Positions 26,560 to 39,403 of a DNA stretch of 62,369 bases are shown here, piece after piece (the stretch's first letter is position 1; every line of letters starts with the position of its first letter). Position numbers and translations under genes: made by a program. The notes under the pieces were generated by a model, which did no database searches, was not told where the DNA came from, and worked only from the letters and a program-made list of their open reading frames with translations. This DNA comes from Halocafeteria seosinensis (Eukaryota), in NCBI GenBank assembly GCA_001687465.1, contig LVLI01000862.1, positions 1 through 62,369 on the forward strand. Reading direction: 5' to 3'.

Positions 26560-29362
26560 CTACATGAACGAAGGTGATGCGGCGATTTCGATATCTCCGC
26601 TATCCTCGTTATGCATTCCGTGAAGAGTCTTCGCTAACACCACGCGAATGGCATTCGCATCTTTCGGAGCAAGCTCCAAAGCAGCATTAAAGTGCCTAAG
26701 GGATTCCAAGTGATCTCCAAGCGCACCACACACTTGACCAAGCAGCACTCGAACGGCAGGCTCCTGCCCAGCACGCCGAACGCACTTCTGTAGTAGATCT
26801 CTTGCTTCCTGCACTAGAAGGAACCCAAATTTGAAATGGATAAACAAGCTAAGATGTTAAATGCAAACTTACCTCATATCTGTGTAGAGATTTGAGTACG
26901 TTAGCTAATTGCAGCTGTGCTTGGGTGTTGTACGCCTCCAAATGCAGACAATGCTGCTTCAATTGTTAAAAGCGAAATGAAGACTGAAGTTTCGAAAGAC
27001 AGTCGCAACGATTTACTCACATTGAAAGTTTCGATAGCGTCCTCACTTTTACCGGCCAAATGTAACGCCATACCCAGGTAGCAGACGAGCACTGGTGACT
27101 GAGGAAAAATGGATAACGCTTTTCGGAAGTGCACTTCCGCCATTCCAGCTTGTTCTTGTCTATAATGCACGACTCCTAAGCCAAACCAAGCATTATATTG
27201 TCTTGGGCTTATTCGGATTGCATGTCTATAGCTTTGGGCTGCGGCATCGAGATCTTCTTCTGCAATGAACTCGTGACCTCTCAAGGTATATGCGTAAGCA
27301 TACTGCGGGTCCAATTGTATACACCTGTACTCGAAGCCCCAATTGCAAGTATGTCCGGAATCGAGAAAAGGTCAATCTTTCTCCCGTTTGCTTACCGCTC
27401 TAGGAATTGCAAAGCAGTATGGTGTTCCTCTGATAAGCTGAAAGCATTCCCGACCGCAGCCCATGTTTTGCATGAGTGCGGATCAAATGCTACCAGTTCA
27501 TGCGCAAGATGAGACAATGTTGGCTGCAGACACTAAAAGAGCGATGTATGATACAGATCCTACGCGCTGTAACTCAAGTTCGAAGCGTACCTGATCTTTA
27601 AGTTGCCACAACGCAGTAGACTCCAGGTCGCATCCTTCTATATAATGCGGCGATACTTTTCTAACTTTGGCAAGCGCCGTCTTGGCCTGTATAAACGATA
27701 CAGCAAGGTTTGCGGGCAGTGAAAAATTACTGAAAACCTTCTTACCTGCTTATACTTTGATTGGGCGAAATAAATTCTGCCGAGACAGTACCACCACCAT
27801 GCTGACTTTTGTAACAACGGGGTCATCCCAAAAAGACCGCGTATCGCTCCGTGAAGGTCCACTTGCGAAATCAAATGTTCAATATGTGCATGCTGTGCAA
27901 GGATGTTCCTGATATGACTAATGCTAGTTTTCGAAAAAGAAGAGCGCAAGCTCCCTCGCCGCCTATGGCTTTGTTTCCGTTGAGTTTCTGCACTGCGCTC
28001 TCCTTGTGCTTGGTTGGACACGGAGCTATGGGTGGTTTCTGCCTCCTCTGAGCGCCAGTCAGACACGTTCACTTCTTTTGTTTCGTTAACCTCAGCGATT
28101 TCCGATAGATCATTCAAATTGGTAGCGGCAGCGCCAAAAGATAATCGTGTGCAGAGTTTCTGACTAGATTTGTTATCTCGAACCTCACTTCCTCCTTGAG
28201 CAAACGAACTTTGCTCACTGTGAAATGACAGAGCTTGATTGACATTTCGGTTATTGGAAGACAGGTGAGATTCGTTTTGCACCCTTTCTTTTGTTTCATG
28301 CGAATATTCGTGCCGTCTGTGCGTGGTTGTTTGCTGGTCTTCTCCGCAGTGTTCCGAAGGCGCTATCGCGAAAGAAAGCTGCTGCTGGGAGGCAGCTTGA
28401 CTCGCATAGTTGTCTACTACTGATCCACTTTGCGGTGGAATTTGTAACGGTATGCCGCCCTGAGAAATGGGTGTGCTAGGAGAGCCGTATGCAATATCTC
28501 CATAGGGAGAAGCCCACCGAAGCCTGTCAATGGGAGTTACGGGACTAGGTAATGGCGAACCGGCCCCCGTTTGTCTCTGAAGATCTTCTGAAGCTGATGT
28601 AAATGCTATACTGCGGTTAAAATGTGAAATCTCACCGGCGGTATCCCCCTCAGCTCGCCGAGTGTCTCGGGTAGATCCCTGCTTCTTATCGCGGGGGCCC
28701 TGTTGGAACGTTGTAGCGTTCTCAAACTCGTGACTGTAAATATCATTCGCGGTCTTGAACGTGAAGGGAAAATTCTCATCATAGCCAAACGCAGGTAGTG
28801 CATCGCCAGCGGTGCCCATTTCACATAGCTGAGTGTACGCTTCCCAGAGGAAAGGATCATGAGCATGAGCCGTCAGAAAGCAGTTCTGGGCATGGTTGCG
28901 GCGACCCGACCTCATGCAGATTTTCCCCAAGAGGGTCAACCCTGCGCTGCCATTGGGAATGAGATCAAGCTGCTGGTGATTGGGCGGTCGTTCATTAAAT
29001 ATCAGCTGTAGATTTCCTGCATGCTTTGTTAACTCCTCTTCGGCTTCCCCCAGTCGTCCGAGATCCATCAAGTATCGTGCCCTCAGGTATCGATTCGACG
29101 GGGTATGGGCTCCACGGAGAACCTCAATCGCCTGGGCCTTGCGCCCACTATATACATAGCAGCAGGCCAATAAATGCCGCGACACCTCCGAACGCTGAAT
29201 ATCATGAAGTTTTTCACATAAGAAAATGGCTGTCTCGTGAAGATGGAGAGCCAGGTATTTTTCCACCAATTGCGTTAGCACAGCCGTATGCTCCTCGGAA
29301 ACGCGCTCATCCTTAGTAGTCCTTTGCATCTGGTCTCCCGTGGACGTCACCTGAGCCATCAT
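26560..29362 (-). CDS. CDC27: Anaphase-promoting complex subunit 3 (Cdc27), TPR protein
   Basis: TAIFLCEKL, HLLACCY, DPFLWEAYTQLC, long disordered insert, STALWQL, WAAVGNAFSL..EH, LDPQYAYAYTLRGHE, YNAWFGLG. Several GT-AG introns. Confidence 0.95.
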
Positions 29363-30171
29363 GAAGGGTGAAATAGGGAGTAAATGACCTGTGAACGGCA
29401 CTAAACGGTGAGTTCAAAATCACACTCCACTTCCTCCTCCTTGTATGAGCGCCAGCCACACGAACCGAGCTCCTACACGATGAGCACCAGTACCGCGACA
29501 ACCCCGCTAAAGACTGTTATGGGCTAATAATATTAAATCCGCGTGTATAGTATAATAAACCTCGATAAACTCCAGCCAACTTCATGGTCAAAAATGAACG
29601 ATTTGATTGCCGGGTCGGACGTTTACGAACTCGCATTGCGAGTCTCGCAATGCCAAGTTGTTTTGGAGGGAGCTTAGCAAGTCACTTGGAGAAGTTGCTA
29701 ATAGCTATGGAAACGAAGGAAGCTGGGTCTCAGCCAATGCTAATGCTGACAGCAGGGAGAATCAAACGAGTGGTTTTCAGTAGCAAATCTATAGGTGGAT
29801 CCTGGTCGATACCGAGTGAACTGCGTAACGTCTGCGTTACCTTATGAACGGATTCCAAGATGTGTTCAATATTTATGAAATCCCTGTCGAGATAATATGC
29901 CTTGATTCTGAACTCTATGACGACCTTCATAAAGGTATAAGTGGGCCCAGTTAGCAAACTGGACGATCAATCAGGAATCATATTGAAATAGCGGTGTTCC
30001 TTGTAGGCTTATGGAGTTCACTTCATTGCATTCATCCTCCCTCTTTCTTTTCCATGAATGTCATTGGATATGGATTCACTGTAGAGTGTCGGGGTGCTGA
30101 CGCACTGCTGAGTAACCAGTCATTGTAGCAAACCTCTGACATCGTCTCCTCTTGTCGGCGAGTTGTCGCAT

Positions 30172-30606
30172 TTACTTTGGTTTAAATGGAATCGCGCTGA
30201 AGTCGTTCTTGGGAGTTTTGAATGCAGGGTGGTAATTAAATTCATCAATCAGAATTTGTATACCCTTGCCGTGCTTTCTCTTGGCCTGTGAGTACAGTTC
30301 ACCCAAGTCTTCCGAAAGATCATCAAATTTTTTCTCGAACGGCCCGATATCCTCGTCAAATTTTCGTGCCCATTCACGGTTCTTTCTCAAAAATTTCATG
30401 GATTCTTCGCGCTCCATTTGTAGATGATCCAACTGTGCTTGATAGTCATGTAAACCATCTCTGTCTGCCTTCAAGTCCTCCTCGATTTGCTCCAACTGGG
30501 AGTATAAGTTCTCCACTACTAACGTCAGTCCACTGGCTGTTTCATTGAAGCTGCATACCAGAAGAAGAGCAGGCTAGGGCCCCTTACTCCTGTGCACGGT
30601 CGGCAT
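30172..30606 (-). CDS. Small coiled-coil protein of unknown function
   Basis: A short first exon (MPTVHR) joins through intron 30516-30587 to a coiled coil ending KGIQILIDEFNYHPAFK....FSAIPFKPK, which looks like a conserved motif. Confidence 0.75.
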
Positions 30607-30971
30607 TTTGTCATAAGGGTGCACGTACCGACTATATTGTTTATGCGAAATGCCGCTGCCCGTTGACTGCTTGGAGCCTTTCTTGCTCCCCGAAGCCGCC
30701 ATTTCCCTTCCAAGCCCAACAGATCCTTCGAACGGTCAGATACTCTCAATACAAGATACAATCTACAAAGAGACTACACAAAGTCACTCTCAAAACCTTG
30801 CTTTGGGGTCATTTTAATGGCGCGACCAACGCGCCGCTGCTCCTTCACAAATACTTCAACTTGAGCCTGGAAGTCTAATAATAAGTAAGCGCGGAAAGTG
30901 AGATCCATTGAGCGTTCGGAAAGTAGCCTCAACTCGGAAGGCGAAACTGTGGAACTAGTCACAGGTCGTGG

Positions 30972-33597
30972 CTAAGTAGCATCTGGACTTGTTATCTCAG
31001 CATTCGTCAAAACTCGAATGGCTTCTTCGAAACGCGCATAGTCTTCACTGTTCATAGACAGTTGGTATTCACCGCGATGCAGTGCGGGTATTGTTTCCAA
31101 TTGGAACCACTCCGAATCTGCTTCTCTGTTGAGGCGCATGATACTATCGAGGGGTATAAACCCCTTGGTCGTTCTTCCGTCTGCCGCTTTATATTCAAAA
31201 CCGGTACTCAAAACCAAAACACGCTTCTTCTTCGTCTTAATCAGTCCACCCAATTTTTCCATCTGAAGAGGGGATGAATTTATCTTGTCTTCCTGCTCCC
31301 TTCTTGATTTCATCTCATGAAACGAATAGCGCCTCTCCTCCTCCTCCATTTCCTCTACCTGTTGCTTGTGACTGTCGATATCCTTGTTAAGCCTCTCGTT
31401 CTCTTTTCGCAACGCACGTATTTTCTCCTGGGCAGCCTCATGAGCTTTAAGCTTCTCATCAGCAAGTTGCAAGTTCTTGTCGTGTAAGTGCTGTACCTTA
31501 CCAAAGAAATCATTGACTCTCTCAGACACTGAACCAGTTGACGAATCAGGTTCCAAGTATCCCAATTTGCTCGTCATCTTCTTTAGGAACTGCTCAACTT
31601 TGTCCAATTCCTCGGCTCTTTGCCGTAGATCCTTGTTCTGTTCACTTTGCCGCGATTCTGTCTCCGTCATTAGCCCATCTTTTTCGTTCTTGAATTTCTC
31701 TTTTGCCTCTCGCAATCTATTGAATTCGTTGTCTATTTGACCAATCAAACGAGTAACTGAAGTTTCATTTTCTTCTACGGAGGCTTCTGAATTTTGCCCA
31801 TCAGTATTTTCCCGAATTTTGTCCCGAATATCAATCAAGCGTCGTTGTATGCCTTGTATGCGAAAACTTTCACCCTTTTTCAGCTCCTCGGTATCTTTGC
31901 AAACACTGGAGATGTCTCTGAGAAAGTCATCCAAGTCGAAGTCTGACTCGGAACCACGTATCTCCTCTTGGGAGGTGCCATCCATTGACAAAATCCGTTG
32001 AATTTGGCGATGAGCACCGCTCAGTTTCCGATACATCTCGGAAACCCTCTCGTACAGATCCTCCGATTTCCGCCGGAGTTGAGTATTTTCTTTGTGCATC
32101 TCACCGACATCAGACTCCTTCTCCGAAATTAGTGCAGCACGCTTCGAGAGTTGGTCATGGAGACGGTTTACCGTCCCTTTGAGTCTCTCAATATTGTTTT
32201 CCATCAATTGGGTACCCTGGGTAAACCATGAGCTCCCAGTGGAATGTGAATTTTCTCCGGCATCTTCATTTGAATCATCTACCATCGCGTCCATGTTCTT
32301 GCGGATATTATCTAACGCCACTGCCACGCGTTTATTGCTTTGCTCAAGGGAAACAACCCGAGATATGATCGTTCCGCCCGGTGCTCGCAAATAGGGTGCT
32401 ACGTGCTTCGATCCAACATTGTCGAATTTGCCGATGGCTTCGGCGACGGCCTGTACGAGTCCAGCTTCACTTCCGAGAATTGATTCGACGACACTATCTT
32501 CTTGGTTTGCTATCCAGAAGATCACTTCATTATTCAATCCTGAAAGTGTTGACGCTTTGTCAAGGAATATACCCTTATTATTGCTCTTCCGTAGCATTTC
32601 TAAGCAATCGCGAAATGACCGTCCATCCAAATTCCTCACTTGGCGGAGATACAAGGCCAGATCCTCATCTTCAGTATCCTCAGCTGGTGTCCGATAATCC
32701 TGCCGTTTCGACCAGGCAAAGAAAACACACTAAACACTGCGATCCATCAATAAAGCAAAATGTAAGAGCGAACATACATAGTCTATGAGTGTGGGATCCG
32801 CCTTTCCTTCTTCGATGAGAAGCTTCGCAATAGATTCAAATCCTCGGCCTCCGGCGCTATGCAGCGGGGAGTTCCCAGAAAACGTGTCCTGTGTGTTAGG
32901 GTTAACCTTGTGCTTTTCTAGCAGATAACGCACAATCTCCAGTTGTCCACCAGCTGTAGCTATATGTAGAATACTAATACCTTCCTGCGTTGCCAATACG
33001 AGTCGTTTGCCTAGCCACACTCTGAACTTTTCCGGATGCACTTACATGTGTGATAGCCTCCGGGTCTGCATGGTAGTCTTCAACGAGAAGTTTGACAGCG
33101 TCTAACCTTCCGTATTTTGCCGCAACGTGCAATGGACAAAGTCCCGCTTGGCTCTGTTAAAGGTACATCCAGGTTTGGAATTCCACGTTGGTTTCTCCAA
33201 GTGACAGCTGAGGGCACCTACCTTGGCCCGAATGTTGGGGTCCACACGGAACTGGTCAATCAGCATTTCAATCAAAGCGGTGTCATCGCGAATAGCGGCA
33301 ATGTGAATCGGATGAAATAATTGCTGTGTACAGGCACAATACACACGTGGGTACGTCTCAAGAACCCAACACTTAGTATTTCCGGGAGCTACATACTTCC
33401 CCAAACGTCAACTGCACATCGTTCACCGCGTACCCACGACGCAACACCTCGTCCAAAATGCTCTGAATCTTGGGTAAGTTTCCTTTCTGGACAGCTGCCT
33501 TGAGTAACTCTTCTTCGTCCTCGTCCAGTGGGTATACCTCATCTTCTTCCTCCTCGTGGGACCGTGATTCATCTTCAACTTCGCCATTAGGCTCCAT
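30972..33597 (-). CDS. Ankyrin-repeat protein with a coiled coil and a PH-like C-terminus
   Basis: Ankyrin motifs HPIHIAA, SILHIATAGGQLEIVRYLL, GNSPLHSA. Long coiled coil. The C-terminal KKRVLVLS...EYK....TKGFIPL resembles PH-domain strands. Multi-exon. Confidence 0.8.
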
Positions 33598-33814
33598 CCC
33601 TGCAGCGCTTTCCAAGAACCAAACAATACATGAAGACGTATCGATCAAAATGCGTGCAACATCCAAACCAGCTCTGGTAAACGCGTGTGAGCCATATGGT
33701 AAGGTATTGTATAGGCCGAGCTTCACAACGAAGTTCGTTGTGATGACGGTATTCTGACAAAGAGCCGTAATTTAGGCGTACGTTCGTAACGCTATACGAT
33801 GTATATTTTGTCTA

Positions 33815-35068
33815 TCACTTTGCTTTCTTCCTCTTGCCAATGCGTGAAAACACGCTGCCTTTCTTTGGCCTATATACTTTGAGAGTAAGCAATGTCCTCC
33901 CTACCTTGAAAGAAGACTCCTGACCCACTGGTAAGGAGTGATATGCAGTGGGTAAGCGAACATACGTTCCTGCTTGAGACGCTGAATCCTGTAGAAGGAA
34001 ATTGCCCTGTTCGTGAGTGAGCGTGCAGTGCACTTTATTTAAACTCGGGTCCGGAAGACGCAGGTCACAATCGCCGTTGTTTCCCACCTTAATCGTACTG
34101 TTAGTACGACCACTGAAGCTTATGATATATTCCCTTTCGCCCGTCCAGTGTAACCCTCTCATATGTCGCACGACTTGCATTACAAGGAAAGGAGGCTCCA
34201 CTGTGAAGTCCACAGGGAGTTTCGTTTTACAAATGCTGCACGTCCTACATCCCTTACTCGATATCCACTGAGACAAGCAACTTTGATGTACCGGTGTGTT
34301 GCAGGCACAAGGACTAGGTAGAAGAGGACATTCCGATGTAGATGAGTCATCGAAGCATATATAGCAATAGGGGTTTTCAGACAGTTCTTTGTTGCTGCGA
34401 TTGCCAACCAAGCAGACATACTTGACAGGTATAGCTCAGCTGGTCTGCTTCAGCTCACTTACACCATGGACATATCCTGCGCGGCTTTCGATTTTTCAAA
34501 GCGCATGTCTGTTATCAAAAGACTACAAGCACCCAGCTTGACGATTTGCTCCTTCTCCAGAGTATGAGTGCACGACTCTGTACCCGCCTGTCCAATTAAG
34601 AAGTACGTCCTCGAAAATGGGAATAGAGCGACTTCGTTCTCATTTCGCATGCACACTTTCAGATGTTGCGGTTGCAAATTAGTATCATCAATATGTACAT
34701 CTGCCTTGCCGCTCATTCCAATTACAAAACCCTCCGGGGAGAGTTTCATATCGAACTTCCGTATAACCATATCGTCAGCCTGCAGACGCAGAACCACCCA
34801 GTTCCGAGGATGTCAATTCCGGAACGCGCATGACGTAAATGACCACTTACCCCTGTTTGCTTCTTTGCGGTTTTAGCAAAGATAGAAATGCTGCATCAAA
34901 CAAAAAAAGCAAATGTGCCGCCATTATCCAAATCCGCATTTAGCCGCAGCCTCGTCTCAACACGTACTGCAAAGGCTCTTCTTCAACACTAGCTCCAGGC
35001 TCCTCAGGAGCCTCCTCAGCTGCTTCGGCATCAGCTGACGTGCATCTCGAACTGACCGAGGCCCCCAT
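33815..35068 (-). CDS. FHA-RINGv(RING-CH)-FHA E3 ligase-like protein
   Basis: CYICF..PSPCAC..VHQSCL..W....C.IC (C4HC3). FHA-like segments on both sides (VIGMSGKADVHIDD..LQPQH; VGN..DCDLRLPD.SL...H, LQDSASQAGTYV). N-terminus MGASVS. Four exons. Confidence 0.85.
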
Positions 35069-35881
35069 AGCCTCCAGCAATGCATATACACAGTGTGCAA
35101 ACAACCTCCGCTTAGGTTCGGTCTCTGCGGCAATCCAATTAGAGTGTTTACGTTCCATACGGCAAAGCAGACACATTATCATACAAGAGCTAGCAATTGT
35201 GAACACGACCTAGCACCACCGAAAAAGGAGAAATTGGAGCATAATATCGTAGTGAATAGATAGAGCACAGGTTTCCTCTCGAACACCGCTCTCCCCTTCT
35301 CGAATCCCCTGAAAACCTTTTTTGCTGTTTCCCTTGAAGTTGGGAGCATTTCGTGAGGAAAACTCCCTCTTGATAGCCGGTATTACTCCTTCTTTCGGCG
35401 AGAGCCCATAAACTGATCATAAGGACAAAACTTACGTTATAAAACAGGGCTCGAAATTATACAATACAGCTAGAATCAGCCTGCGTTGAACTTGCTACCT
35501 CCGACTGGATAGTCGTGTACGCTGTTTTCTACGAGAGCAGTTGCCTCAAGGACTACATCCGATGAGCACGTGATAAAATGTATTGATTTCCATTGAATGT
35601 GTCTAAAATTATGGTTTACCATGCATTGAAACCTTGAAAATAGCAAGTTTCGGTATTTGCCACAGTGACGAGAATAGAAAGGCACAAACATTTCTGCTAC
35701 TTAAACTTCAACTTAGTCTTCGCGAGGAAGTGGGGAAGTGGAAGTAGCTAGAGTGTAAATGTGATGTAATCTTGCATTCTACTTTGACAAGTCATGCAAG
35801 CTATCGCAATGATATGATAAAAACGTAGAGCACTCCACGCTTCATCTAAACATTAGATACGTCATAAGCCGTAGGTGTGAG

Positions 35882-37789
35882 TTAACTCCTACCCAATAGT
35901 TCATCCAGGATTGTTAAGCTTTCCTCCAAACCCACATGCGGTATCTCCCCATTCCTTTCGCTATCATTCAATTTTGCCAAATACTCTCCCATTAGGTCGC
36001 AAACAGTGTCTGCGTATTGTTTATAAGTACTGTGCTGCCAACAGACATTCACGGATTTCCTGGCGTTTACCCGCAATTCTTCGATATTGCTTGCTCCCAG
36101 TTCTTCGCACAGTTCTTCAAGAACTTGTCCATACACTGGGGCAGTCTCCCGAGGATTTTTTTGAGCAACATCAACTAATTTTGTATGCTCAATCGTTGCC
36201 AATCGTCCCTGCTCACCATACTTTCTATCCTTTCTTGATTGTGTTAAGAATCGGGGGCCAGTACGTTCATTGTCAGTTGGAGGAGGCTTGGGGGAATAAT
36301 CCTCAGGGACTTGTGGATCATCTAATTCGCTAAATAACTTTGCTGTCCTGTGTTGAGAAGCAATTGGTGGTCTTCTCTTCGTATCTTCCTCGCGAGGAAG
36401 ATCATACCGTTGCTTATACAAGCCTTTATCCATATTGATCTGATGACGAGCGCCCCTTGGACGAGCACAGTCTCTATCTTTTTCTTGCAGTTGGCAGTAT
36501 AAGGACTCGGCAGCCCGCATCAGTTCCCGATATTTCTTGTACATTATCACGGGGTTGGCTGCGCAAAATTCTTCAGTGATTTCTTTATCCAAGGCAATAG
36601 GCGTCGGTTTCTTCGTGGTTTTCCGTGTGTTGTATGTTTCGTAGTGTGGGGATGGGTCAATAACAAACGCGGGTGTCGCAGCAGACCTTATGTGGGATTC
36701 TGTGTAGCCGGCATCTCCTTCCTTGCGTAGCCGATCGACTCGAGCGTGTTGTTGCGACTGATCTTTGCTCCCGCTGAGGTTTCTGTCGGGCACAGGTACC
36801 TCATGGTCCGCCTCCGCACTCTTTGACTGGTTGGGGTTTTGCCTTGTTGCCACTCGTTCTCCATTTTCTATTCTTTCATTTGCCCCTGGGTAGTCTTGAG
36901 TTGCTCCTACACCCTCCGTGGTCGCGGCTACAACATGCGGTTCTCGAGACTGTCGCTGCTTCGTGTTGTTAAATTTGGAGAAGTTAGCAGAATTTGTGGA
37001 ACGTTTCTGGAACACACAAAATGCACCAATAAAGAACATCGTTAAGATCGTACTTTTCTACACGTAGGGGACACAACTTACGGTTACACTCCCGTCGCCA
37101 GTGCGGTGCTGATCGGAAGTACTTGCCTTGCTGGCGGATCCATTCTCTCCGAGTCTCTGTGAGGCCGAAAACTGGGCAGTAGCACTTTCTCTCATTTCTT
37201 TGAGGAGCGACGAGGCGGCCGGAGTTTGCTCGAGTTGCTGGCTAGAAGCTGCTGGGGAGTGTGTACCAGGCTCTTCAAAATGAGGATGACCACTGGCATC
37301 CTGAGTGCCGTCGATATGCGTAGCGTATCCCCCTCCACGAGAACGATGCTGGCTGCGTGCCATCCACGAAGCGTATCCTTTTGAGTCTGTCAATGATGTT
37401 GGTGGTTGTGACGGTGCCTGTCTGGATGCAGATGAAGTTGAGCGTAAGTGCGCCTCTGTCGCTGGCGTCCTTTGCCTCGGTTCGGCAGTCTGTTGTCCTC
37501 GTCCAATCCCCCAAATGAGGTCATCTTCCGTCATTCCTGAGCGTTGGAGCTCTCGCTGCCGTTGTTTTCGTATCGAGTGCGCCGTCCATGGTCCCTCTGA
37601 GCTCGTCGTCGTTATCTCCTCGTCATCCTCTTCGCCCTCATCCCACGCTTCAAAGCTGTACCGGGAGCGAGGGTGTCGTCTCCAAATCTCATGGTAATTC
37701 TCTGTGGGGGACTCGACATCGGGCTCTAACGACTCCGGACTCAGTGTCGTTTGGACAAACCGTCGCGCAGATTGCAGGCGTTCGTTCAT
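35882..37789 (-). CDS. Hypothetical protein, disordered with a helical C-terminal domain
   Basis: Two exons; intron 37007-37081 joins GSVT/KRST. Short coiled coil. C-terminal helical segment VLEELCEELGASN...YADTVCDLM. Confidence 0.65.
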
Positions 37790-37862
37790 TCCCACCAAGC
37801 TCGCGCGTGTTGATAGATAGAATAGAGTAGATCGTGTTCTATCCGACACAAATCAATTCAAA

Positions 37863-39403
37863 ATGGTACTGACAAAAACTCTCTCGTATATCACCCCTCA
37901 AGGCCAGGAAGCAGCTCGACGGTACCAATACCGGGGATCCGACCGCTCCTATTTGTACAAGTTCATTGGCAGTCCCCTGAGTGAGTACCTCGTGCAGAAC
38001 TGGACGCCAGACTGGATAGCGTACGTGTCCATTAATTGTCTATGCTGTAGTAATCACTATGTACCCGTATGTGTGTGCGTTGCAGACCAAACACGGTATG
38101 TCGAGTTTCAGTGGACCGGGGGGGAGTCCAAAATGAATAATGTGCTCGTTTATCTCCATTGCAGATAACTTTGATAGCTCTTCTCCTCTGTGTAGCAGCG
38201 TGGGCGTTGACAGCTCAATGCTCGCCTTACTGCGCGGAAATATGTCCCTGGTGGGTGTACACCTACTGCGCCCTGTCACTGTTTGCTTACTATATCCTGG
38301 ATAACATGGATGGAAAACAAGCGAGAAGGACAGGAAATTCATCACCTCTAGGTTTATTGTTCGATCACGGCTGTGATGCTGTCAATGCCAGTATGGTAAG
38401 AGTGATGAGCTGCCGGTGTGGTTTGTAGCTCACTTCACTCGTTGTGCTTCGCAGTTTGGACCTGTTACGTGCATTTCCGCAATGGCTATGGGGGCAGGAT
38501 ATGAACTTGGAATGGCATGGACGCTCCCTGTGGTTGCTTTCTTTATAGCTACTTGGGAAGAATTCCACACGGGGGATATGATTCTGCCCGTGCTGAATGG
38601 ACCTAACGAAGGCTTATTCTTGACAATGGTCACCTATTTAGGATCCGCAGTGTTAGGACCCAAAGTATGGCATGCCCATGTTCCAGACATGCTTATGACG
38701 CCATTTTTGCGATCGTGGAGCCGGTACTTTTTTGGAGTTACTACGCCTAGAATGACAGAAGTTATGATCGCCCTTGTCTCCGCGGCTGCTATCGTCACCG
38801 TGCTCTACCAATTTATTAACGTCTCTATGTTTGAGCGAAAGAGGGGCCGAAGTGCCCTCCGTGCCCTCCTCCGAGCATGGCCTTTGCTCAGCGTACTATT
38901 TGCTTGCTGGGGTGGCTACTTCTTCACGCCGGTATTGTTTAGTCGACACCCAAGGATATTTCTGGGTAATATTTCAGTAGCGTTTGTAGATGCTTCGGTA
39001 CGTTTCTTTCACTATTAACGCAGTACTCGTTTGTCACTATGTTTTGGCAACCGCAGAGTAAGCTTATGATTTCACATGTGTGTGCGCAAAAGTACCGACC
39101 GTCCAAGTTTTCACAATTCCTAGCCCTCTTCCTACCAGCTCATGCCATTGTTCGACAAATGTTGTAAGTAGCGTGTATTGTGATCAACAATTATGGTCAT
39201 TCGTTGACATTGTGCTCATGGTATTGATTATGTTTTATGACAGTAACGTTAGACTATGGGATTCACAAACGGACGAAACAATGCTATGCATAGTCGCAGC
39301 TACAAATCTGCTAGTCTTATTCACGTTTATATACTGTAGCGTAAGAACTCTTGCGGATTCGCTAGGAATAAAAGTGTTTCGAGTTAAGCCGAAGACCTCC
39401 TGA
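37863..39403 (+). CDS. CEPT1: Choline/ethanolamine phosphotransferase
   Basis: [21 protein letters not shown] (needs the microexon 38086-38095), CDP-alcohol motif [50 protein letters not shown]. Confidence 0.95.
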
